Part shown: positions 8,355 to 17,154 of the stretch, piece after piece
How the letters are laid out: each line of letters starts with the position of its first letter
How positions within the stretch are numbered: the first letter of the stretch is position 1
NCBI GenBank assembly: GCA_944384845.1
Contig: CALWUZ010000212.1
Span: forward strand, 567 to 64,566
Direction of reading: 5' to 3'
Length of the DNA stretch: 64,000 bases
Source: an uncultured Clostridia bacterium
GTDB taxonomy: Bacteria; Bacillota; Clostridia; Oscillospirales; Acutalibacteraceae
The notes under the pieces: model-generated
Database searches by the model: none
Told to the model about the DNA's origin: nothing
Seen by the model: the letters and a program-made list of their open reading frames with translations, nothing else
Made by a program: the position numbers and the translations under genes

Positions 8355-9212
8355 CTAATCCTTAATGCCCGAAGAGGACATTGTCTGCATTACATTTGAC
8401 TGTGAAAAAAGAAATACAGTAATCGGGGGCAGTATCATAATAAGTGAAACTGCCGCCGAAACACCGGTTCTTGCAATACCGCCGGACACTATATTTGACA
8501 GGGCCGTCGGAAGAGTCTTAAGATTTTCATCAAAAATAAACACGCCGCCTGTGGTCCCCCATATTCCCTGAAATGAAAATATAAGCAGCGTAAGCCATGC
8601 GGGCTTGACCATAGGCATTACTATCTGCATAAAAATACGGTTTTCTCCCGCCCCGTCTAAAGCTGCCGCTTCAAGCAAAGTATCCGGAACCATCTGATCC
8701 ATAAACTGTTTCATCAGAAAAAGCCCTATCGATGAAGGCAGCAGCGGCAGTATAATTGCCCAAAGAGTATTTATAAGGTGGAGTTTGGTCATAATTATAT
8801 AGTTCGGAATAGCTGTGACAACAGAAGAAAAAAGCAATGACAATACAACTAACTGAAATAATAAATTTCTTCCTTTAAAGTTCTTTTTTGAAAGTATGTA
8901 CGCCGCCATTGATGAAATAATAATATTCCCCGCCGTACCTATAACAGTTATAAATACGGAATTCAGCACATAGCGCGAAAAAGGAAGCCAGGAATCTCCC
9001 AAAAGCGATGACAAATTAATAAAATTATCAAAAGTGGGATTCTGCGGAAACAACTTAGGAGGAAATATAAACAGCTCGCTTAAAGGCTTAAATGCGTTTG
9101 AAAAAATAAATACCATAGGAAGAACCATAAACAGAGCTATTAAAAGCAAAAACAGAAATACTACAATATTACCGGCAACACTTCTGTATGACTTAGAGCC
9201 GATTTTACTCAT
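8355..9212 (-). CDS. Carbohydrate ABC transporter permease (MalG/LplC-type); cassette copy A
   Basis: Six hydrophobic spans and the EAA-loop motif LLEAAALDGAGENRIFMQIVMP. By eye it is about half identical to ORF 51290-52159. Confidence 0.85.
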   Translation of the reverse strand: MSKIGSKSYRSVAGNIVVFLFLLLIALFMVLPMVFIFSNAFKPLSELFIFPPKLFPQNPTFDNFINLSSLLGDSWLPFSRYVLNSVFITVIGTAGNIIISSMAAYILSKKNFKGRNLLFQLVVLSLLFSSVVTAIPNYIIMTKLHLINTLWAIILPLLPSSIGLFLMKQFMDQMVPDTLLEAAALDGAGENRIFMQIVMPMVKPAWLTLLIFSFQGIWGTTGGVFIFDENLKTLPTALSNIVSGGIARTGVSAAVSLIMILPPITVFLFSQSNVMQTMSSSGIKD

Positions 9213-9229
9213 TTCTTAAATTATCCTCC

Positions 9230-10123
9230 TTATGTTCCCACATTTTTAAGCAAACGCTTTATCATTTGATTGCAAAGCAGCATCGCCGCAAAAAGAATTG
9301 TAGCTACCGCGCAGGCATCTCCGAACTCGAATTTAATATCGGCAAAATCGGTCATATGATTTACAAGCGTATGCACTGCATAATCAGTACTGGGATTTCC
9401 GCATAAAGCCGCACCTACAGCGCCCACGGTAAACGCCCCTGTTATTGACATCACCGAGCCAAACAGCAGCTGCGGTTTCATCTGCGGTATCGTTATATAC
9501 CATAACTCCTGCCAGCGATTACGCACGCCGTCAATAGCTCCCGCTTCATAAAGCGACTGATCAACACCCTGTAAGCCTGCAACGAAGGATAAAAACTGTG
9601 TTCCCATACTGGTCCACATCGTAACTATTATTACGGCAGTCATCATATATTCGGTATCGGTAAGAAACTGTATCGGCGAACTGATAATACCGGTATTAAG
9701 AAGAAAAGCGTTTATATAGCCGAGCTGATCGCCGCTGAAGAGAAGCTGCCATATCATGTATGCATTGCCCGATATCGACGGTGCATAAATCAAAAATACC
9801 ATTGCCGTGCGAAGTCCGCGGTTAAGCTCATTAAGTACCCATGCGAGCATAAGAGCGCCTATATAGCTGAACGGACCGACCACCAAAGCCATCGTGACGG
9901 TATTTACGACTGCCTGTGTAAAAATTTCATCGTTAAAAAATAAATCGCTATAATTTTCAAACCCCACAAACTGCGGCGACTGCAGAAGATTATAATCCGT
10001 AAAGCTTAAAAACATCGCCATTAATACGGGTAAAATTACAAATAAAGCGAACAGAGAAAAAAACGGCAGCAGATAAATAATACAAATTTTATTTTTCCTC
10101 AGATTTTTTGAAATTCTATTCAT
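9230..10123 (-). CDS. Carbohydrate ABC transporter permease (MalF/LplB-type); cassette copy A
   Basis: Polytopic, with EAA loop LYEAGAIDGVRNRWQELWYITIPQM. Its ATG (10121-10123) shares one base with the TGA (10123-10125) of the upstream SBP gene. Confidence 0.85.
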   Translation of the reverse strand: MNRISKNLRKNKICIIYLLPFFSLFALFVILPVLMAMFLSFTDYNLLQSPQFVGFENYSDLFFNDEIFTQAVVNTVTMALVVGPFSYIGALMLAWVLNELNRGLRTAMVFLIYAPSISGNAYMIWQLLFSGDQLGYINAFLLNTGIISSPIQFLTDTEYMMTAVIIVTMWTSMGTQFLSFVAGLQGVDQSLYEAGAIDGVRNRWQELWYITIPQMKPQLLFGSVMSITGAFTVGAVGAALCGNPSTDYAVHTLVNHMTDFADIKFEFGDACAVATILFAAMLLCNQMIKRLLKNVGT

Positions 10124-12930
10124 CAGCTATCTGTCTCCAATCCGAATTCCCTTCGTTTCTTGGTAAGCTCTGCATTTATTGTCTGTGTATATTCATTTAC
10201 GGTCTCCCGAACATCGGCATCCTCATTGATAATTTTACGGAAAATATTGTTTATATGACGATTAAGAAAATAACCGCCGGGGACCTGTTCGATAGACATA
10301 GCATTTTCCCGCTGAACATTAAGCGTGCTAAGCGCCGCCGCAGACCAGGAGAGTCTGCCGAAAGCCTCTATATTGGCAGTTGCATATCTTCCGGGAATAC
10401 CCTGCTTATTCTCAATTGCCGCAGCATAGGCGTACTGAGCATCCGCGCCGGTAAACCATTTTACAAAGCTCCATGCCTGTTCCGGATTTTCGGTGGTATT
10501 CATTATCATTGCAGCAGTAGTAGTGCTCAGGGAAATATGTCTCACGCTTCCGTCCTCACGCCTTGTTCCCGGAACCGGATACATACTCCACAGTCCGCTT
10601 ATTTCAGGCGCCGACACCTCAAGTGTGTTAAATGTACTGAAATCCGCGATTCCTATCGGCATATCACCGCTTCGGAAGCGGTTAACAAAATTATAAGACA
10701 TAAGCAGTGAATAGTCAGAATATAGCTCTGTCCATTTTGTAAACGCTTCTATTGCCTCCTCCGTATTAATATCAACCGATCTTCCGTTATCCTTATAGAT
10801 GTTGCTTTGATTTTGAAACAGCAGTAACGCAAAACCATTGACCGTACCGCTGTCCGGATAGGCAAATTCCATATTATTCTGTTGCAAAACCGTAAGGCAG
10901 TTATATACGTCTTCCCAAGTTTCCGGAACTTCAAGTCCGATTTCGGTCAAGATATCATCTCTCACAAACATTACGTCGCATACCTGAGTGAGAGGTATAC
11001 CATATACGCCGCCGTCATACGTATACGGAATCATAGCCTGCGGATAAAATCTTGCGGCGACCTCGCTGTAATCCGGAAATTCCGAAAGGTCAAGAAGCGC
11101 TCCGCGGGCGGCAAAGTTCATAGGCATCCCCTCGTCGGCAAACAAGTATACATCCGGCTCTATACCGGCAACAGTTGCCTGCAAAATTCCTCCTGAAACC
11201 AATTTAAGGCTGACGCCTATATTACTTTCCGGAGTAAAATCATTGTCTGTCAGTTCTTTTATTATCTGATACTGGTCCCTGCCCAGAGTCAGCCAAACCT
11301 CTATCGCCTCACCGTCTCCGTAAACACTGCCTATCATTCCGTAATCCTCGGCAAATGATTTAAAGAAAAGCTGCGTTCCAAATAAAATGTTTTTAAAAAA
11401 GCCGGCTTCCTCTTTTACTGTATCAGCGTTTTTGGGCAGCACCTGAATGCAGTCAACGGTGAGCGGCTGCGAGGTACAGCTTTGAATCCAGTCGCTTAGT
11501 CCGGTCAGGTTACTGTTGAAAGTACTCAGATACTGCGGCAATGTTTCGGGGTACTCCAAAAACTCATTTAACTGTCTGATTATTTCATCAAGCTTTGCAG
11601 TTCCCTCACCGCTGCCGCCGTTTTGTATAAGAAGCCAATCGAAAAGCTCCTGCAAAACTTGTTTCTGCTCTTTAAAAATTTCTAATACATCAGGAAGATT
11701 TTTTTCTATCTGATAATCCCTGTATTTATCAGGAGTAGCACCTGTCACCATAATAATTCTGCGGTATGCCTCGTTAAGTCTGAATAAGGATTTCTGTGCA
11801 ACATTAAGCGCTTTCGCCTGCTCTCCAAGAGTCACCTCAAGCGTAATAGTATGATCGCCTTCCTCTAAAAAATAGAGATACGGATTTCCGTCCGCATCTG
11901 CAAGGCGAATCACCTGCCATCCGCTGCCGTACGGAAATTTAACTGATTCCATTTCACTGAAAGGCACTTCGCCGTCAATTAAAAGCCTGCGGTAGCTTGA
12001 AAGTCCGCTTGTAAAATTGTTTTTGAATCTGAACGCCAATGTATAATAACCGCTTTTTTCAGCGTGGAATTTCCACGAAACAGATTGTCCTTCAGCACTC
12101 CATCCGGAGCCGCCTAAACTGTTCCAAACCTGCAGGCCTTCAAAAACAGGATTGGTTATAGCTGAAGTTCGGTCGCAAAGCTCCGTAATCGAAGCGTTGG
12201 TGCGTATATATGGCTTTTCGGCCTCAATGGTAATAGCTTCAGCGTTATTTTCCGAACCTTCTGTATAATTTTTGCTTATCTCATTATAAGAAGCTTTCGG
12301 TTTATAGCAATAAAGCATTACCGATTTGAGTTCTATGCTCCCCTTTGCAGCGGTAATAGTTATATTATTTTCACCCTCGGCAAAATAAAAGCACAGCGGC
12401 TCTGTATGCAAACCCGAATTATCAGTAAGTACGGCTGACTGCCATTCATCGCTTTCATTCAGAGAAACAGTATACTCATTGCCGCGTTTGTCCTTTTCGG
12501 TATCTGCAGAAAGCCATGAACGCTTTAAAGTAAACTCCGCCGCCTCTCTGAAAGGACGCTCCCCGTTAATATCTATAGAGCAGGTACCGTCCCCGTCATT
12601 ATCTGACACTATCTTATATATCATTTTAACAGATGCCAGGCACTCATTTATATTTACGGCAAACGTAAAACTATCACCTTCGCTGATGACAACATTTTGC
12701 TCCGCAGTTATATCATCGCTTATATAAGCAACATCCTTATATCTTTCTATATAAGCGTCATATTCTACAGCAGAAGACGTACCTGCCATACGCTCGATTG
12801 CATCATTCAAATCCGGAAAAGCATCATAAGCTTCTTTATTTTTCTGAAAAACAGCAAAAACGGTTATTGCTATAACTGCAGCCAATACGGCGGCTGTCAC
12901 CGCTATAATTCTCTTTTTGTAATTAGCCAT
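10123..12930 (-). CDS. Giant (935 aa) membrane-anchored extracellular solute-binding protein with two N-terminal beta-sandwich (CBM-like) domains; cassette copy A
   Basis: GGAGG RBS and N-terminal TM IIAVTAAVLAAVIAITVFAVF. Two ~150-aa beta-rich segments (e.g. ITIEAEKPY...GWSAEGQSVSWKFHAEKSGYYTLAFRF...GDHTITLEV). The C-terminal ~420 aa has a family-1 SBP pattern (EVWLTLGRDQYQ..., ...GIPLTQ..., ...PVPG...). Paralog of 53200-55992. Confidence 0.75.
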   Translation of the reverse strand: MANYKKRIIAVTAAVLAAVIAITVFAVFQKNKEAYDAFPDLNDAIERMAGTSSAVEYDAYIERYKDVAYISDDITAEQNVVISEGDSFTFAVNINECLASVKMIYKIVSDNDGDGTCSIDINGERPFREAAEFTLKRSWLSADTEKDKRGNEYTVSLNESDEWQSAVLTDNSGLHTEPLCFYFAEGENNITITAAKGSIELKSVMLYCYKPKASYNEISKNYTEGSENNAEAITIEAEKPYIRTNASITELCDRTSAITNPVFEGLQVWNSLGGSGWSAEGQSVSWKFHAEKSGYYTLAFRFKNNFTSGLSSYRRLLIDGEVPFSEMESVKFPYGSGWQVIRLADADGNPYLYFLEEGDHTITLEVTLGEQAKALNVAQKSLFRLNEAYRRIIMVTGATPDKYRDYQIEKNLPDVLEIFKEQKQVLQELFDWLLIQNGGSGEGTAKLDEIIRQLNEFLEYPETLPQYLSTFNSNLTGLSDWIQSCTSQPLTVDCIQVLPKNADTVKEEAGFFKNILFGTQLFFKSFAEDYGMIGSVYGDGEAIEVWLTLGRDQYQIIKELTDNDFTPESNIGVSLKLVSGGILQATVAGIEPDVYLFADEGMPMNFAARGALLDLSEFPDYSEVAARFYPQAMIPYTYDGGVYGIPLTQVCDVMFVRDDILTEIGLEVPETWEDVYNCLTVLQQNNMEFAYPDSGTVNGFALLLFQNQSNIYKDNGRSVDINTEEAIEAFTKWTELYSDYSLLMSYNFVNRFRSGDMPIGIADFSTFNTLEVSAPEISGLWSMYPVPGTRREDGSVRHISLSTTTAAMIMNTTENPEQAWSFVKWFTGADAQYAYAAAIENKQGIPGRYATANIEAFGRLSWSAAALSTLNVQRENAMSIEQVPGGYFLNRHINNIFRKIINEDADVRETVNEYTQTINAELTKKRREFGLETDS

Positions 12931-12939
12931 ACTTCCTCC

Positions 12940-13836
12940 TTATCCCACAAGTCCTGTCGTTTCTATGCTTTCAACAAGAAAACGTTTTGTAAACATAAAA
13001 AGAAGGAGCAAAGGCAGTATATACATTACAACACTTGTGTTTTTAAGAATCGCCCGGTAATAATAATCATTTTTGAGGTCTGTCAATTCAAACTGCATAT
13101 CTATAGTCGAAAGCTTTGTCCAGATAAACTCCGTATTAGGAAAAAATATTTCGGAATATGTAGGGTCTGTCCATTTCCATACAAATGCGAACATAAAGCA
13201 TGTAAAGAATACCGCCACCGCTCCCGGCAGCATTATTTTTGCGAAAACCTTAAACGTACCTGCTCCGTCGACCGCCGCAGCTTCCTCAAGCTCTTTCGGA
13301 TATCCTTTGAAAGACTGCCGCATAATATATATGATAAGTCCGTCCTTTAAACCCACTGCGGTAGCTGACAGTAAAAACATAGGAAGCGGGGTGGTAAGCA
13401 AATTCCAGTCAAACGGTCCGTAGCTTTGAAACTGAAAATACAGCGGAGCGAAATATATGCTGTACGGTACAAGCAGCGTAAGAATCACACAGCCGAACAA
13501 CAAATTACGAAAAGGAAATTTAAAACGCGCAAAGCCGTAGGCAACAAGAAGGCAGGATATCATTTCTATTAAACAAAGCGAAATATTAAGAGCAAGCGAT
13601 ATACCGATTGTTTTCCAATAATCAAGAAATATTGAAGCATCAACATAATTTTGAAGCGTAGGACTTTTCGGGATAAAACGTACAGCAGTATCATATATAT
13701 CTGAGCTTTGCATAAAGGATATAAGCAAGGTAATTATTAAAGGATAAATAATAATAAAGCTCAGACCGACCAATATCAAATAACGGAAAAAACCGCCTAA
13801 TATCCATATTGTTTTCTTTTTTGTTTCTAATTTCAT
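12940..13836 (-). CDS. Carbohydrate ABC transporter permease (MalG-type)
   Basis: Polytopic, with EAA loop LEEAAAVDGAGTFKVFAKIMLP. Paralog of 44840-45778. Confidence 0.85.
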   Translation of the reverse strand: MKLETKKKTIWILGGFFRYLILVGLSFIIIYPLIITLLISFMQSSDIYDTAVRFIPKSPTLQNYVDASIFLDYWKTIGISLALNISLCLIEMISCLLVAYGFARFKFPFRNLLFGCVILTLLVPYSIYFAPLYFQFQSYGPFDWNLLTTPLPMFLLSATAVGLKDGLIIYIMRQSFKGYPKELEEAAAVDGAGTFKVFAKIMLPGAVAVFFTCFMFAFVWKWTDPTYSEIFFPNTEFIWTKLSTIDMQFELTDLKNDYYYRAILKNTSVVMYILPLLLLFMFTKRFLVESIETTGLVG

Positions 13837-13849
13837 CTGTATTCCCTCT

Positions 13850-14764
13850 TTAGTTGTAATGCTTCATCAGTTGTTTTATTAATAATACGAAAAAGCATAA
13901 AACAGCAATTATTATAAAAAAGTATGTCCAAGCAAGAGATGCGGCATATCCGAACTGAAAGCTGGAAAAGTTATAGTCAGTGATAGTTTGCATAACGGGA
14001 TTTACATTATTGGAAAAAGCGTCTATCACAGTGTAAACAACATTTACAAGCGTTTGCGGCAGCACCATCGGAAAAGTTATTTTCCAAAAGCTTTCCCAGG
14101 CGGTTGCCCCCTCGATTTGCGAAGCCTCATAAAGAGACCTCGGTATTGCTTTTAAAGCAATTAAAAAAACAAGTATCTGTATCCCGGAAGAATTTATAAC
14201 CTCTAATATATTTGTAATAGCATATATTATGTACTCTATAAAACCGTTTGGCAGACCCATTCGCATGAAGAGGTCACCAACCAGTGAAGCATTGAAAAGA
14301 GAAGTGTCCTCGCCTGTCGCGGAAGCGGCATTAATTATTGTCCGCCGGATTATATCGTCGCTGATCAAATTCGGCATAATACCTGCGGAAACAATAACAG
14401 GAATAAAAAAAATAATCTGAAATACCGGCTGTCCCGGAAATTTACCGTTTAAAAAAACAGCCACAAGCATGCTGAAAATAAGAATTATAGGAACATTGAC
14501 CGTCATACTTGAAAGCGAATCCAGCAAAAGCTTACGGAAATCAGTATCAACCGTAAAAGCACGCTTATAATTTTCAATTCCCATAAATTCAAGCGAGACT
14601 TTTCCGTCAAATTTTAAATCATTGAAGCTGTAAATAAAAGACTGCATCATAGGGAAGAAAATAAATGCAAAAAAGCCGATTATGAAGGGCAGCACAAAAA
14701 TAAGACCCTTCAGTTCCCTTTTTCTTACAAGCCGACTTTGTTTCCAAAAATCAAAAAAATTCAT
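13850..14764 (-). CDS. Carbohydrate ABC transporter permease (MalF-type)
   Basis: Polytopic, with EAA loop LYEASQIEGATAWESFWKITFPM. Paralog of 45796-46689. Confidence 0.85.
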   Translation of the reverse strand: MNFFDFWKQSRLVRKRELKGLIFVLPFIIGFFAFIFFPMMQSFIYSFNDLKFDGKVSLEFMGIENYKRAFTVDTDFRKLLLDSLSSMTVNVPIILIFSMLVAVFLNGKFPGQPVFQIIFFIPVIVSAGIMPNLISDDIIRRTIINAASATGEDTSLFNASLVGDLFMRMGLPNGFIEYIIYAITNILEVINSSGIQILVFLIALKAIPRSLYEASQIEGATAWESFWKITFPMVLPQTLVNVVYTVIDAFSNNVNPVMQTITDYNFSSFQFGYAASLAWTYFFIIIAVLCFFVLLIKQLMKHYN

Positions 14765-14787
14765 TCATTTCTTCCTTTCCGTCATAT

Positions 14788-14815
14788 CTTCCCGCCGAAT
14801 TTTATCGGCGGGAAG
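14788..14815 (-). promoter_or_regulatory. Intercistronic 11-bp perfect stem-loop between the GH16 gene and the permease genes
   Basis: cttcccgccga (14788-14798), loop atttta, tcggcgggaag (14805-14815). No T-run follows on the coding (minus) strand. It sits between the stop at 14825 and the RBS/start at 14764. Confidence 0.5.
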
Positions 14816-14824
14816 ATTAAACAA

Positions 14825-15868
14825 TCACTTCTTAAGCGCGTGAACCTTTACCCAATCTGTTCTGAATTCCATCGGGAAGTCCTGCATTAAGGTCCTGCCT
14901 ACCCAGCTCTTGTCACCTTTATCCTCTTTTTTGGGGTTCATATGCATACAGGCCTGTAAAAGAACTACCATGTCCCCGCCGCGCTCTTTTCCTGCTCCTA
15001 TTATTCCGTCACCTTTATACACATGGGTAAGTCTGCCGTCATAATACCAATAAAGTGCATCCGGTTCCCACACCAAAGAAACGGTATGGTAACCCTCTCT
15101 TATGCTATGCATAGGAATTTCGCCTTTTCCCCGCTGAATATGATAGCTTCCCCAACCATGATAATGAAAGGTTGCAGTGCCGAAATCACCGAAAGCAGGA
15201 GAATACTCAATTATATCTATTTCACCGGCATGGTCCTTGCCGAACGAAGCATCGGATTCCGGATTACGGTTAAACATAATTTTTTCCGGCGTCAATACAT
15301 TCGAGCACAGCCAGAAAGCGCAGTTGCAGGCGCAGGGCGAATTTTTATATCCGGGAAATTTCATATGTGCCGAGAAGCAGCCGTATGTCTGCTGAAATGA
15401 TTTCGCAGTAGTAACTACATGACGAGGCTCATCAACCGTCATTCTAAGCACCATATCTCCGTTGTCTACAAAGCCTCCCTTATAGCTCCTGTATTCCCAG
15501 CCTTCTTCACCACCGCTCCACTTGTTATGATCAAAAGCTTCAAAATCATCGAAAAAAGACGGCTCGTTTCCGAAAGCTGTATTGAATTTTAAAGTATAGC
15601 TGTCATATCCGTCCCGTGATTTATCCATATAGTCATTAAGCTCAGCATGAACAGTTACCTCTCTGCCCTCCTGACGGACAAAGTAAGGAACTATTACCTC
15701 ATTGCCGTTAATTTTTATATCGCTGTCATCGGTATAAAGATAGAATAGCGGGTTACCGCAGTTTTCGATTACTCTTCCGCCGTACTCACAAAAAAATTCA
15801 TAAACAGCATCCATATCTGCCACTCCGGGATGCATTTCCTTAAGTCTGAGTCTGAAATTTTCTCCCAT
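14825..15868 (-). CDS. GH16-family glycoside hydrolase, no signal peptide (cytoplasmic)
   Basis: GH16 catalytic motif GEIDIIEY (E-x-D-x-x-E). N-terminal Ig-like segment HPGVADMDAVYEFF...VIVPYFVRQEGREVTV is shared with the two other GH16 paralogs. ATG at 15868 with an AGGTGA RBS is preferred over the GTG at 15877. Confidence 0.8.
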   Translation of the reverse strand: MGENFRLRLKEMHPGVADMDAVYEFFCEYGGRVIENCGNPLFYLYTDDSDIKINGNEVIVPYFVRQEGREVTVHAELNDYMDKSRDGYDSYTLKFNTAFGNEPSFFDDFEAFDHNKWSGGEEGWEYRSYKGGFVDNGDMVLRMTVDEPRHVVTTAKSFQQTYGCFSAHMKFPGYKNSPCACNCAFWLCSNVLTPEKIMFNRNPESDASFGKDHAGEIDIIEYSPAFGDFGTATFHYHGWGSYHIQRGKGEIPMHSIREGYHTVSLVWEPDALYWYYDGRLTHVYKGDGIIGAGKERGGDMVVLLQACMHMNPKKEDKGDKSWVGRTLMQDFPMEFRTDWVKVHALKK

Positions 15869-15889
15869 TAATATCACCTTTTAAAATAA

Positions 15890-17128
15890 CTATTCTTTTT
15901 CGAGTCCGTAAACCCTTACATAATCCACACGGGATTCATTAGGAAATTCATCCGGATTATAAGGACCGCCCCAATCACTGTCCTCTTCTGTATTTGTATG
16001 CTGCAGCAGAATCTGCATAGGTCCTGCATTTGGTCCTACTCCTTCGCCTGTGTAGGTCCAAATCAAATCTTCGTCAATATACCAATATATGGCTGTGCTG
16101 GTCCATACACAGGAATAAATATGGTATTCACCCCGAAGTGTTTGTTCAACCAAAGGCTCGCTGCCTTCGCTGGCATGATAGTCAGACCAGCCGTTCCAAT
16201 GAAGCGTACAGGAAGTTTTATGATCGCCCCAGGTCGGAAAATATTCCACTATATCGATTTCGCCGCCGCTTTGCGAAGGACGCTGCGGATTTTTAAGATA
16301 CGTCACGCCTTCCTCTGTGCAAAGCCAAAATGCAACGTTTGAAAGTCCGCTTGAAGGCATTTTAATCCTTGCGGAAAAAGAACCGTAAGCCTGATTAAAC
16401 GTACCGGTAGTAGAAAGCTCTATGCTTTTTGTACCATGATCGGCGTACATTACAAGCTCGCCGTCCTCACAGTAAAGTTCCTCTATCGGCATCCTGTTAT
16501 CATACCACTCGTCTGACCAGACAGAAGCGTCAAGCGTATCAAAGTTATCAAGAAATGTCGGCTGTTCGGTAAACTGAACGTCAAAATCAAAAGTAAAGCT
16601 GCCGGTACGGTTTGGATGTTCTCTGTTATACATAGAAACCGTCACCGTTTTACCCGAGGAACGTACCGAATACGGTATTGTAACTGTATTGCCGTCTATT
16701 TTAACATTGCTGTTATCACAGGAAAGAACCATATTTTCTTTGTCAAGTGAAATATTTCTTCTGTCCATAGCTATCATTTGGTACTTGGCGTCAAGCTCTG
16801 CAACACCGGGATGCTCAACCTCGGGCCGGAAAATATAATAATTTTTGCCTATATCCGCAGCAGTAATTTTATCCAGGACAGTTTCTGTGGCACCGGAGCC
16901 TGATTCACTTGGATCAAAAACATAATCATTTTCATTGGTATTATTTTGAGAGCTGTTATCCTCAGCATTATCCGACGAGGTTTCCTCTTCGGACGAAGGT
17001 TCTCTCTGAATATATACTATTTTTTTCTTTCCGTTTGACTCGGTCTTTTTCTCTTCACCGCAAGCGCAAAGTGTTACCATAAGCAAAGCTAAAAATATGG
17101 CTGAAAACCTCTTTAATTTCTTTTCCAT
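15890..17128 (-). CDS. GH16-family glycoside hydrolase, lipoprotein
   Basis: Lipobox LMVTLCAC, S/E/N-rich linker, the same HPGVAELDAKY Ig-like segment, and catalytic motif GGEIDIVEY. Confidence 0.8.
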   Translation of the reverse strand: MEKKLKRFSAIFLALLMVTLCACGEEKKTESNGKKKIVYIQREPSSEEETSSDNAEDNSSQNNTNENDYVFDPSESGSGATETVLDKITAADIGKNYYIFRPEVEHPGVAELDAKYQMIAMDRRNISLDKENMVLSCDNSNVKIDGNTVTIPYSVRSSGKTVTVSMYNREHPNRTGSFTFDFDVQFTEQPTFLDNFDTLDASVWSDEWYDNRMPIEELYCEDGELVMYADHGTKSIELSTTGTFNQAYGSFSARIKMPSSGLSNVAFWLCTEEGVTYLKNPQRPSQSGGEIDIVEYFPTWGDHKTSCTLHWNGWSDYHASEGSEPLVEQTLRGEYHIYSCVWTSTAIYWYIDEDLIWTYTGEGVGPNAGPMQILLQHTNTEEDSDWGGPYNPDEFPNESRVDYVRVYGLEKE

Positions 17129-17154
17129 TTTTTCAACTCCTTTAAAAACGAAGT

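Noticed and set aside
10108-10710. Plus-strand ORFs of 100-217 aa lying antisense inside long minus-strand genes (10108-10710, 12697-13350, 36595-37167, 37671-38084, 40826-41275, 44190-44624 and others in the track)
   Set aside because: Each lies entirely within a minus-strand gene whose product shows clear family motifs. The translations are Cys/Arg/Ile/Phe-rich, low-complexity and motif-free, with no RBS. These are typical shadow ORFs.
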